Under the pieces are notes generated by a model that worked only from the letters and a program-made list of their open reading frames with translations, searched no databases and was not told the DNA's origin. This document shows positions 26,901-34,043 of a stretch of 41,656 nt of DNA, piece after piece; within the stretch, counting starts at the first letter, position 1, and each line of letters begins with the position of its first letter. The stretch lies in IMG/VR virus record IMGVR_UViG_3300037424_000450, positions 1 through 41,656 of that record. One strand, written 5' to 3'. Position numbers and translations under genes: made by a program. Source of the DNA: a virus. Taxonomy: Duplodnaviria > Caudoviricetes.

Positions 26901-27336
26901 AACGCTGTTCCTTGGCTCTCAGCAGAAGGCGAACGTCCCGTCTCACATGATTTCGGACGCAGCCGACAAGTCGAACATCGACCAGTGCGCCAACCTCGAG
27001 ACGGAGATAGACAACGCTGTTGTCTTGTGGACGGACCACGTCGCGCTCGTTCCCAGAGATAGGGCTTACGTCGAGGTCCGCAACTGGGCCGACAAGGACC
27101 ACCTGATATTCGACTCCCGCTCGTCAAAGTGTCCCCTCGTCTCTCTTGACGGGACCCTGGACACGGCGCAGATATACGACCCGGTGAACTGGAAGTCTCC
27201 GTGTTCTTTCGAGGCCGACCCCGACGGCGTGAACATGACCCTGGTGGCGATCAAGGACAATGACGGAGACCACGAAGTCACCCCCATAGTTGACATCACC
27301 CTGAAATATCACCCCGTCTATCTCCTGGTGAAGTAG
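23950..27336 (+). CDS. Large distal-tail (evolved Dit-like) protein with an IPT/TIG domain and carbohydrate-binding-like inserts
   Basis: Follows the tape measure; PVITSLTPDNGYSGDTVTVAGTDFG (IPT/TIG); ITLMLAVHGSSETDLDAKVRVL...IEVECEP (Dit-like); two N[D/G]NW...W modules. Confidence 0.7.
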   Translation: MPLTQTDSGLVFHESTWASCPAWLTEVTDASITYAGNTAILDSTAGTYAFLVTTADLDKTTQWVTRVKLMVGGQNMYHAANLNLATIPAVGPVLANDLFRSLFAYKGAATEAASDDPYDTEIIADGVQPTAAYAIFEVAHSATQDVVTMRTATGAVDKTATWTFGPPAPVYDFDPFWAVGDILSSHHTGTFTIAVMQVVKGLTATVSGLVAGNHVDVTDPADAVVAHATSAGASVAVDISTLQYPYNGKIKVYDSDGGTLKATYTGNVYGGWTGTYTPPVPVITSLTPDNGYSGDTVTVAGTDFGATQGTSTVTVSGVACTVVSWADTSLSLTMPASVTGSLTVTTDSGADSETFTYLASPILRFTDGIGGSTLLNLNDGSSYYYIDGSSFPLPKVLLNKVTNESAHGSRLVNWRFDDNKITLMLAVHGSSETDLDAKVRVLLKRLLKEGWLEFRIWNAVGSLFYRTRPVTPEFPDWTKKWVRDQYWATDITIEVECEPEVRGSEVTLHGIETLGTNDNWADKTGGVPDGWTEIETNAGTVTFTDGLVFDEYLLNTTNGGTDVAGISEDDYTPVDITKHHQLRLEAVCTAGSAIMDIDFLCYDDANNLVGTIHYFDDPYTEAAYIEAIQRYSILPIEPADWPAGTTKIKRTICNDSTVLSTLKISHLWFGVVDYVVGHKNSGVIGIVIPGTDIIGDFSAKMDVHINSIHDRFTDLALGQRRDYSSAFDPVVEPSVGSQVYLRTRRSQDYRTIAALAEMVVNGNWSAITGGAGNTTNWTNWAETRTGTGVMQPDGGGGIEAYLIAKTDVVSNLSDAIAVDPTDTHRVVFRGERVGSDTVTQTWVYAYFYNVGATLIGSKLLLQDVFTTEEQDYIAYINPADFPTGTTSLKFYVVAACYTSFPSPSARHYWRSISLSVVTPITATFPVEDHEGRYYISAGVSFGASNANDDLALSTLLKTTAGQEMTGSTSPQVIDPENPNTKFKETLFLGSQQKANVPSHMISDAADKSNIDQCANLETEIDNAVVLWTDHVALVPRDRAYVEVRNWADKDHLIFDSRSSKCPLVSLDGTLDTAQIYDPVNWKSPCSFEADPDGVNMTLVAIKDNDGDHEVTPIVDITLKYHPVYLLVK

Positions 27337-29379
27337 ATGCTGACCCGAACCGCAACGGGCAAACTCCAGCACCACGACTTCACCGTCGACCAGTCCTGCC
27401 CTCCGTGGCTGACCCCCGCGACGCAAGGCACAGGGACGATTGCTTACGGCGCGACGGGAGCGACCCTGGCGGCTGAGGCGGACGCGAGCGCGGCGATACT
27501 CGTCACGACAGACGCGCTGGACAAGACGGACCTTGAAAACGTTGTCTTGCGGACGAAGGCGAAGAAGACGACCTCGACGAACAGCCGATTCATCATCGCC
27601 TCGGGTTGCCACGATGTGGCGGCGCGACCCAATGGGACGGCGACAGCGTCCTACTTGAACCCCGGCTTTTACTTTAACCGCACCGCTGGCGGGGTCGAGA
27701 ACGTCCTGATGTACTACCCGCTGACTACGCTTTTGGACACCTACGTTGCGGCCGCGACCACGTTCTACGTCTTCGACACCCTCTGGGACGCGACCACGAC
27801 GTATCTCAAGGTCCGTAGCGCGGCTGACATCTCGCTCTTGGATTCGGCTTCGGCTGCATACGCCTACACGAATGACCCGTGGTGGTACGTGGGCGACCCG
27901 CGTAACGCTGGCGGCTCCGCGATAAGGGCAACTCTGCTCGTCGAGTATATGCAGATGATGACCTCGACGGACATCACCGTCACGGGACTTCCGACGGGTG
28001 CGGCGGTCAGGCTCTACGCGGGCTCCACGCTCATAGATTCAGCGACGGAGACAGGCGGTACGGTGGTCCTCGATGGCTCTACCTGTGACTTCAACTCGAA
28101 CCCCGACAAGAGCGAGGGCGGGTTCTACGGGACGGTCAAGGTCTACGAGGACTCGACATACAGCGTCTTGCTCAATACGTTCTCGGCTTCTGACTTTTGG
28201 GGCGGCGACGTCTGGATATGGAGTCTGGTAACCGACCCCGTCAACCGCGTGGTGCATCACGGCTTTTCCCACATCGCGATACAGATACTCGACAAGGACG
28301 GCGCGAACGTCCTCTCTATTCTGACCAATGACCACGAGGACGCCGAGAAACGCTTCTTCGCGCTGGAGTACACCTTGCAGGCGCAGGGCGGGCCGGGGAT
28401 CTGCACGTTCAAGGTCAAGCGAAAAGACCCTATGTCCTACCAGGAAGACCTTCAGGACTCCAACAAGGTCAAGGTCTGGATGAACGCCACGAACCCCTGG
28501 ACGGGCGACATCGAGGGGGCGAACAGGACGGACGAATCCACCCTTGAGGTCTCATGCGTCGGCGGGGTCAACAAGCTCAAAGAGATGGGGACGGACGCCG
28601 ATTACGATCTGGACGTAGCAGCAGGGGAGACGGCCTCTGAGTGGATAGCACGCGTACCCCTGGCTGATACCGAGCTCGGGTATTCCGCAGGGGAGATAGA
28701 CGCTCCGAGCGATGAGTACGCGATAACCACCGGGGTCTCGTTCTTTCCCGGCAAGTCCTACTATGAGGAGCTCGATGCCGTCAACGTCTTCTACACCTGC
28801 CGCTTCTCGGTGCGGGACGGCGTGCTTTCGTGGAAGGCGAAGAAGACGACGCCGGCCTATTTCGTCGACCTGTCCGACTGCGTGAAGCCCGAACTGGAAC
28901 GCGCCAGGGGCGACATGAAGAACTGGGTGCAGATGGCGTGGACGGGCGACGGGTCCATCTACGGCTACGAGGTCTCCGAGGATACCGACTCGCAAAGTCT
29001 GCATGGAAAACGGATGGCGTGGGAGACGATGCCGGGCAAGTGTGGTTCTGCCGAGGGGCAGCAGGGGGCCGACCTGTTCATCGCCGAGAGGTCGAAACTC
29101 AAGCCTCCCAGCTCACTGACCACGGACAAGGTGTATGACGCCTACGGGGTTCTCGTCCCCATAGAGGAAGTCCTCGAAGCGGAAGTCCTGCACATCAGGG
29201 ATTTGCTCTCAGAAGAGGAGACGAACGCCGCCACGAATCAGCAGAACGAGTCGAACACGTGGGAGATAGCAGAGGTGAAGGTGAATCCCGAGACGGGGAT
29301 GCTGACCCTCTCTCCGGGGAGCCTGCCTACCGAACTCGCCGTGTTGCTGGCGCAGATCGAGAACAGGAGCAACTATTGA
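27337..29379 (+). CDS. Tal / baseplate-hub-like tail protein with N-terminal extension
   Basis: Position after the Dit-like gene; GGPGICTF, WTGDIE, DTDSQSLHGKR, WEIAEV...LTLSP. Confidence 0.65.
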   Translation: MLTRTATGKLQHHDFTVDQSCPPWLTPATQGTGTIAYGATGATLAAEADASAAILVTTDALDKTDLENVVLRTKAKKTTSTNSRFIIASGCHDVAARPNGTATASYLNPGFYFNRTAGGVENVLMYYPLTTLLDTYVAAATTFYVFDTLWDATTTYLKVRSAADISLLDSASAAYAYTNDPWWYVGDPRNAGGSAIRATLLVEYMQMMTSTDITVTGLPTGAAVRLYAGSTLIDSATETGGTVVLDGSTCDFNSNPDKSEGGFYGTVKVYEDSTYSVLLNTFSASDFWGGDVWIWSLVTDPVNRVVHHGFSHIAIQILDKDGANVLSILTNDHEDAEKRFFALEYTLQAQGGPGICTFKVKRKDPMSYQEDLQDSNKVKVWMNATNPWTGDIEGANRTDESTLEVSCVGGVNKLKEMGTDADYDLDVAAGETASEWIARVPLADTELGYSAGEIDAPSDEYAITTGVSFFPGKSYYEELDAVNVFYTCRFSVRDGVLSWKAKKTTPAYFVDLSDCVKPELERARGDMKNWVQMAWTGDGSIYGYEVSEDTDSQSLHGKRMAWETMPGKCGSAEGQQGADLFIAERSKLKPPSSLTTDKVYDAYGVLVPIEEVLEAEVLHIRDLLSEEETNAATNQQNESNTWEIAEVKVNPETGMLTLSPGSLPTELAVLLAQIENRSNY

Positions 29380-29819
29380 AAGCCGCCCCGCAGAACTTCG
29401 ATAAGCCTCTGTTGGGGGTGTGGAGACCGGAGTATTACGAAGCACCCGCCGATGTAGCCGACCTCGCGGGCACAGCCGCGCCAGGGACTCTCATCTCTAC
29501 CTCCTACACTGTCACGCTCCAGGAGCCCTCGAAGATAAGGATAAACGCAAAGGCGTATGGTCTGTCCGATGATGACTCTACTTGGTATACATGGGTCTTG
29601 ATGCTATATGAAGGAGCAACTGGCATAACACTACGGGACCAGATGGCAGCATCGACATATCATGCTGGCGCAGTCCATATATTTGGTAATGCATCGTGCC
29701 TTTATGAGGCTACGTATGCCGCAGGTGCTTATGTTTTTGAAGTCAGGGCCTACGTCACCACAACAAACAAAGTCGCACTTGCCTACATCAAATGGTCAAT
29801 CGACGTCTGCCGAACCTAG
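29376..29819 (+). CDS. Small tail-tip / receptor-binding candidate
   Basis: AGGAG SD, TTGA overlap; beta-rich; 3' half has A/T-ending codons. Confidence 0.6.
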   Translation: MKAAPQNFDKPLLGVWRPEYYEAPADVADLAGTAAPGTLISTSYTVTLQEPSKIRINAKAYGLSDDDSTWYTWVLMLYEGATGITLRDQMAASTYHAGAVHIFGNASCLYEATYAAGAYVFEVRAYVTTTNKVALAYIKWSIDVCRT

Positions 29820-29828
29820 AGGAAAAGC

Positions 29829-30203
29829 ATGGACCACTACGACTGCGCGAAGCAAAGAGAACTCGACGACTTTAAGGTTGACATGATTCGCTGGCAGGCC
29901 GCGCAGAACGGCTCCATCCAGCGGATAGAGACGAAGGTTGACGAGATTCACCAGGGGCAGATGGACTTCTACCCGGCGTTCTACAAACTCTTGGACGGCG
30001 AGGTGGACCGCAGGCGAAAGGATGACGACGCCCTCGGCTTCCGCATAACCGGCGTAGAGAGCAACTGCGCCACCATCACCACTCGCGTCAGTTCCCTTGA
30101 GTGGTTTGCGAAGATTCCCGGCTGGTCGTGGAAGGCGCTCGTCGCAATCCTCGGCGCGGTCGTTCTCGTTCTGACAATCCTCGCCGCGACGCACGTGATA
30201 TGA
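29829..30203 (+). CDS. Coiled-coil protein with C-terminal TM helix (holin/XhlA-like)
   Basis: GAGG SD; WKALVAILGAVVLVLTILAA; upstream of the endolysin. Confidence 0.65.
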   Translation: MDHYDCAKQRELDDFKVDMIRWQAAQNGSIQRIETKVDEIHQGQMDFYPAFYKLLDGEVDRRRKDDDALGFRITGVESNCATITTRVSSLEWFAKIPGWSWKALVAILGAVVLVLTILAATHVI

Positions 30204-30224
30204 AACGCTGGAGACGCTTCCTGC

Positions 30225-30246
30225 GCCGCCTTCGGGCGGCTTTTTT
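30225..30246 (+). terminator. Rho-independent terminator
   Basis: GCCGCC-TTCG-GGCGGC-TTTTTT. Confidence 0.85.
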
Positions 30247-30275
30247 GTTGTCACGACAACTACCGGAGGACTGAG

Positions 30276-31043
30276 ATGGCTACAGTACAAGATGTACTCG
30301 AATATGCCCGGCGTCTTCTCGGGATTGCCGAGACGCCCCCTGGCTCGAACATCGTCCACCCGATTCTCGACTGGTACGGCGAGCAGGGTATCCAGTGGTG
30401 TGCAGCAACGGTGGCCTACATCTTCTTTCACGTGGACCCCGCGCTCGTCCACGGCGTGAAATCCGCCTACTCGGGCGACTACCTCACGGCTGGCAGGAGG
30501 TACGGCGAGGAAATCCCCGCTCCTGCTCCCGGCGCAATCGCCATCATGGACTACGGCGACGGCGGGATCACAGACCACATCGGCATCGTCGAGAGCGTGC
30601 AGGGCGCGTACATGACGCTCATCGAGGGCAACCACAATAATCGGGTCGAGCGCGTGACGCGAGCGGTCAGCGGTTCTACCCGCTTCTGGTACATCATGCC
30701 GAGATATTCTTCAACGCCGAAGCCAAAGACAAGGGAGACTGAAATGGCACTAGTAACGTCAGGCGTGCGCGTCCCGTCCTTCGCGGGGATCTTCTTCGTG
30801 GGGACCATGGGCGGCGAACCGTGGGACGTGTGGGCGAAGGTCCAGAACCCCACGCCAACTCCGATCACCGTCCGCTTCGTGTGCGTGACAGACAACACCC
30901 TCGAGGAAGAGACCTACTCCCTGCAGGGCAACAAGCTCATGCAGGTCCAGGGGAAGGAACTCAAGGCGGCGGGCAACAGCCTCATCACCATCGAGCCTTC
31001 CGTCCCATGTGTCTGCACCTTCGACCATCGACCGACTCAATAG
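30276..31043 (+). CDS. Endolysin, CHAP domain plus C-terminal beta-sandwich
   Basis: GIAETPPGSN, QWCAATVAY (catalytic Cys), DHIGIVE (His), LIEGN. Confidence 0.9.
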   Translation: MATVQDVLEYARRLLGIAETPPGSNIVHPILDWYGEQGIQWCAATVAYIFFHVDPALVHGVKSAYSGDYLTAGRRYGEEIPAPAPGAIAIMDYGDGGITDHIGIVESVQGAYMTLIEGNHNNRVERVTRAVSGSTRFWYIMPRYSSTPKPKTRETEMALVTSGVRVPSFAGIFFVGTMGGEPWDVWAKVQNPTPTPITVRFVCVTDNTLEEETYSLQGNKLMQVQGKELKAAGNSLITIEPSVPCVCTFDHRPTQ

Positions 31044-31052
31044 GAGGTGAAC

Positions 31053-31268
31053 ATGAACCGCTCACTCATGACCTTCATCATCAGCCTCGTGGTCATCGCC
31101 GTGTTCTCTGTCCTGTTGGGATTCGGGAAGGTGGCTGACGCGGTCGCAGTCGGGGCCATCATGACCATCGTCGGCTACTGGATTCGCGACGCGCAGGAGA
31201 CTCTGCTTCCCGCCAAGAGCGAACCCGAATCGAGTACGACCGTACCCCCCGTGAGTACGCCTCAATAA
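31053..31268 (+). CDS. Holin (two TM helices)
   Basis: AGGAGGTG SD; two hydrophobic helices ending IVGYW; follows the endolysin. Confidence 0.75.
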   Translation: MNRSLMTFIISLVVIAVFSVLLGFGKVADAVAVGAIMTIVGYWIRDAQETLLPAKSEPESSTTVPPVSTPQ

Positions 31269-31269
31269 G

Positions 31270-31386
31270 ATGCGTAAAATACTGCTCCGAATCTTCACCG
31301 CTTATTTCATCGTCTACCGCGAGGTGTATTACGCCTATCACGGTGCGCGGGAGAAGGTTCTCGGACTGGGCTGGCACGATGGATAG
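31270..31386 (+). CDS. Hypothetical 38-aa protein
   Basis: Manual translation MRKILLRIFTAYFIVYREVYYAYHGAREKVLGLGWHDG. Confidence 0.4.
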   Translation: MRKILLRIFTAYFIVYREVYYAYHGAREKVLGLGWHDG

Positions 31387-31549
31387 GCGCACATACAAGG
31401 CGGCTCGTCGCGCCATCATCGTCAACGGGCTCAAGGAGATATCCGACGGGCTCTACGGCTTACGTGTGACCGCCAACGAGCAGGATTTCCTTGAGGAGCT
31501 GCTGGAAGAGGACATCATCGACGTCGAGTTGGAGGACGAGGATGAATAA
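31379..31549 (+). CDS. Hypothetical protein with acidic C-terminus
   Basis: MDRRTYKAARR...LEELLEEDIIDVELEDEDE. Confidence 0.55.
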   Translation: MDRRTYKAARRAIIVNGLKEISDGLYGLRVTANEQDFLEELLEEDIIDVELEDEDE

Positions 31550-31570
31550 TCCCAATCGGGTGTACTCCCA

Positions 31571-31882
31571 ATGAGGATTGAGCGCGACGACTTCATCATC
31601 CAGGGCGTCCCGTGGAAAGTCAGGGAAGCCGACGTCCTGTCTGTGACGGACGACGCCTACGGATACCTGGACCCCGACACGCACACCATCTGGATCGCGA
31701 GTTCTGCCTGCTGGGAAGAGAAGATAGAAAGCCTCATTCACGAGACATTCCACGCGCTCACGCGAGGCCGCTTGAAATACGACCTCACGCAAGAGGATGA
31801 CCTGCGGACATTCTCGATCGCGCTGGTAGATACCATTCTCCGCAATCAGTTGACCTTCTGCCCTGACGAAGGCGGCTGGTGA
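31571..31882 (+). CDS. Small HExxH metallopeptidase-like protein
   Basis: YGYLDPDTHTIWI...SLIHETFHAL. Confidence 0.75.
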   Translation: MRIERDDFIIQGVPWKVREADVLSVTDDAYGYLDPDTHTIWIASSACWEEKIESLIHETFHALTRGRLKYDLTQEDDLRTFSIALVDTILRNQLTFCPDEGGW

Positions 31883-31895
31883 CAGAAGGGGGATT

Positions 31896-33281
31896 ATGAA
31901 ACCCGGCAAATACGGGACCGGCGTTTGCGAGTACTGCAAGAAGGACTACCCCAAGGAAAGCCCCGGACAGAAGTATTGCTCGCCCCCCGCTGACTGCAAG
32001 CGGATAGCTTACAACGCCTCGCGGAGAAAAGACCTCGGCACGGGCAAGTGTCTCTTCTGCGGGGCGGAGTTCGACAAGTCCACTGGCCATCAGAAGTACT
32101 GCCCGCTCCCCGCGACCTGTAAGGCGGATTTCGAGCACCAGGGGAAGCGCGCCAACACGGTCAAGGACTGCCGCCAGTGCGGTGACGAGTTCACGGTCGA
32201 CGCCGAGCACAAGGTCTACTGCCCGGACTGCAAGGACACCATCGACCCCGTCCGAGAAGCCATCACGAAGCACGAGCGGGAGCGCAAGGCGCAGGAGGTC
32301 AAGGAAGCCCTCATCGACGAGCGCAACCGCACGAACGTGGTCCGGGAGCTCCTCGCCGCGAATGAACGAGTCTCGGGATGGACGCCGAAACGATTCTTCG
32401 TCAACCTCGGGCGCAAGTACCCGGAGGAACAGGCCAACATACTCTTTGGCGACTGGCATACCGGCGAGAAGATAACGCTGGAAGAGTCCGGGGGTCTGGC
32501 CGAGTACAACATGAAGATCGAGCGCGAGCGGCTTGAGCGGTGCGTTCAGGCACAGGCCGAGATCATCGGGATTCAGAATGCGGGGGGCGTCCCGGTGAGC
32601 CACTGCAACGTCACACTCCTGGGCGACATCATCACGCAGGAGAAGATCTACAAGGGCCAGCACGCCTACATCGACGCCTACACCGCGGACCAGGTCATCT
32701 ACGGCAAGAACCTCCTCGCCGAAACTCTCCTGAATATGCTGGACATCTACAAGACCATCTCCGTCCAGGCGGTCGTCGGCAATCACGGTAGGATGGGGGA
32801 GAAGGGCGAAGGGCCGACCTGGAACAACTATGACTACCTCCTCTACCAATGGACCCGGGACCTCCTCAAGGACTACCCTCAGATCACCTGGGAGATCCCC
32901 CGCTCGTGGTTCCTGACCTTCTCCGTCATGGGGTGGCGCTTCTGCGCGTCTCACGGAGACGACGTACAGATGTACAAGAGAATCCCCTGGTACGGCCTTG
33001 AGCGCGACGTCAATGATATGTCGGCCATGCTCTGGGACCTCGACCACAACCCGCCTTCCTACTGGCTCTACGCGCACTTCCATACTTCGGAGCAGGCCGA
33101 GCAACCCCACGGTGAGCGGATAATGAACGGCTCTGTGGTGGGCGGGTCGATGCTCTCAATGAAGGGGCTGAAGCGCGTCGGACGCCCGAGCCAGACGTTC
33201 TTCGGAGTCTCCGAGTCTCGCGGCATCACCTGGCGCTATCCCCTGTGGCTGGAGAAGCCGAAGAAGCGGAAGAGCAATTAA
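31896..33281 (+). CDS. Calcineurin-like metallophosphoesterase with N-terminal zinc-finger repeats
   Basis: GDWH, LGDII, GNHGR, SHGD and AHFH motifs; three N-terminal CxxC...YC units. Confidence 0.88.
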   Translation: MKPGKYGTGVCEYCKKDYPKESPGQKYCSPPADCKRIAYNASRRKDLGTGKCLFCGAEFDKSTGHQKYCPLPATCKADFEHQGKRANTVKDCRQCGDEFTVDAEHKVYCPDCKDTIDPVREAITKHERERKAQEVKEALIDERNRTNVVRELLAANERVSGWTPKRFFVNLGRKYPEEQANILFGDWHTGEKITLEESGGLAEYNMKIERERLERCVQAQAEIIGIQNAGGVPVSHCNVTLLGDIITQEKIYKGQHAYIDAYTADQVIYGKNLLAETLLNMLDIYKTISVQAVVGNHGRMGEKGEGPTWNNYDYLLYQWTRDLLKDYPQITWEIPRSWFLTFSVMGWRFCASHGDDVQMYKRIPWYGLERDVNDMSAMLWDLDHNPPSYWLYAHFHTSEQAEQPHGERIMNGSVVGGSMLSMKGLKRVGRPSQTFFGVSESRGITWRYPLWLEKPKKRKSN

Positions 33282-33514
33282 TCCCGCCTACGATAATGAT
33301 TCCCACGACAATCATTCTGCGCGATGTTACCCGTCTCATAACTGAAACAAGTGTGTCAACCGTGAGTTGCCAATGCCCCAAATTCTGTGGGGTTTACGGC
33401 TCTAAATGCCACACAATAGGACGCTCCGGATTGACACATCTGTCAATACTTTGCATCGCTAGTGACCCAATTGTAACTACATTCGGGTCAGCCTATGAAC
33501 TGTATTCCAGTCAT
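33278..33514 (-). CDS. Candidate 78-aa zinc-ribbon selenoprotein (three in-frame TGA codons)
   Basis: MTGIQFIG*PECSYNWVTSDAKY*QMCQSGASYC...HG*HTCFSY...DCRGNHYRRRD; every TGA is in *xxC; TAA overlaps the convergent gene's TAA; no canonical SD. Confidence 0.4.
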
Positions 33515-33558
33515 ATGAGAGATATAGATGTCATTCCCCCCGCTGCCGTAGACCCCAC
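33295..33558. repeat. Cluster of inverted repeats/palindromes in an AT-rich control region
   Basis: AATGATT/AATCATT, ATTGACA-CATC-TGTCAAT, TGACCC/GGGTCA, TATGAACTG/CAGTCATA, and a 14-bp long-range inverted repeat 33387-33400/33545-33558. Confidence 0.75.
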
Positions 33559-33585
33559 CCTCCCAAAAAAATCCCTAAAAACGTA

Positions 33586-33615
33586 TTGACAACCGCGTGC
33601 TGCATGGGGTTAAAT
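33586..33615 (+). promoter_or_regulatory. Putative early promoter
   Basis: A-tracts upstream, TTGACA at 33586-33591, imperfect -10 TTAAAT at 18-nt spacing. Confidence 0.45.
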
Positions 33616-33652
33616 GAGACTTGTGATAACACCGTAGACACAGAGGGGGAGC

Positions 33653-33874
33653 ATGAAGTCCTACACCAACCTCAAGATAATGCGAGAGAACCGTGGATAC
33701 ACTGTCCGCGCTCTTGGCGAGATAACGGGAATCCCGTTCTCGTACATCGCTTCTATCGAGCGCGGGCGGATGAACCCGACGGGGGAGGAACTCGAACGCC
33801 TCTGCAAAGCCTTGCACGTGACGCTCGACGACCTGTACCCGAATCCCGAGATACGGAAACTGCTAGGAGTCTAG
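33653..33874 (+). CDS. XRE-family HTH regulator (Cro-like)
   Basis: LKIMRENRGYTVRALGEITGIPFSYIASIERGRMNP...LCKALHVTLDDL. Confidence 0.9.
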   Translation: MKSYTNLKIMRENRGYTVRALGEITGIPFSYIASIERGRMNPTGEELERLCKALHVTLDDLYPNPEIRKLLGV

Positions 33875-33899
33875 GGCGCAAGCCCGGAGGGGGGACGAG

Positions 33900-34043
33900 A
33901 TGAAAGCAGAGATAAACCTGCCAACGGCTCTCAAAATACTCGAGCGAACATATGACAGTGATCGCCTGACCCCACATGAGCGTAAGGCACTACAGCGGGT
34001 ACTCTCCCGCATCAAGTACGACATCCAGCACGACAGGGACTAG
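33900..34043 (+). CDS. Hypothetical 47-aa protein
   Basis: GGAGGGG SD; manual translation MKAEINLPTALKILE...IQHDRD. Confidence 0.6.
   Translation: MKAEINLPTALKILERTYDSDRLTPHERKALQRVLSRIKYDIQHDRD

Noticed and set aside
33292-33316. Fur box (GATAATGAT...AATCATT)
   Set aside because: Half-sites are separated by 9 extra bases, which does not fit the 19-bp consensus
29540-33560. Diversity-generating retroelement pairing the two AT-rich patches
   Set aside because: No reverse transcriptase gene and no visible TR/VR similarity between 29540-29819 and 33280-33560
33290-33560. CRISPR mini-array or TIGR-type guide array
   Set aside because: Repeats are too degenerate and irregular, and no Cas or Nop-domain protein was recognised
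33245-33589. Plus-strand 114-aa ORF
   Set aside because: No SD or recognisable motif, runs into the -35 box, and is the exact antisense frame of the UGA-containing ORF; not fully excluded
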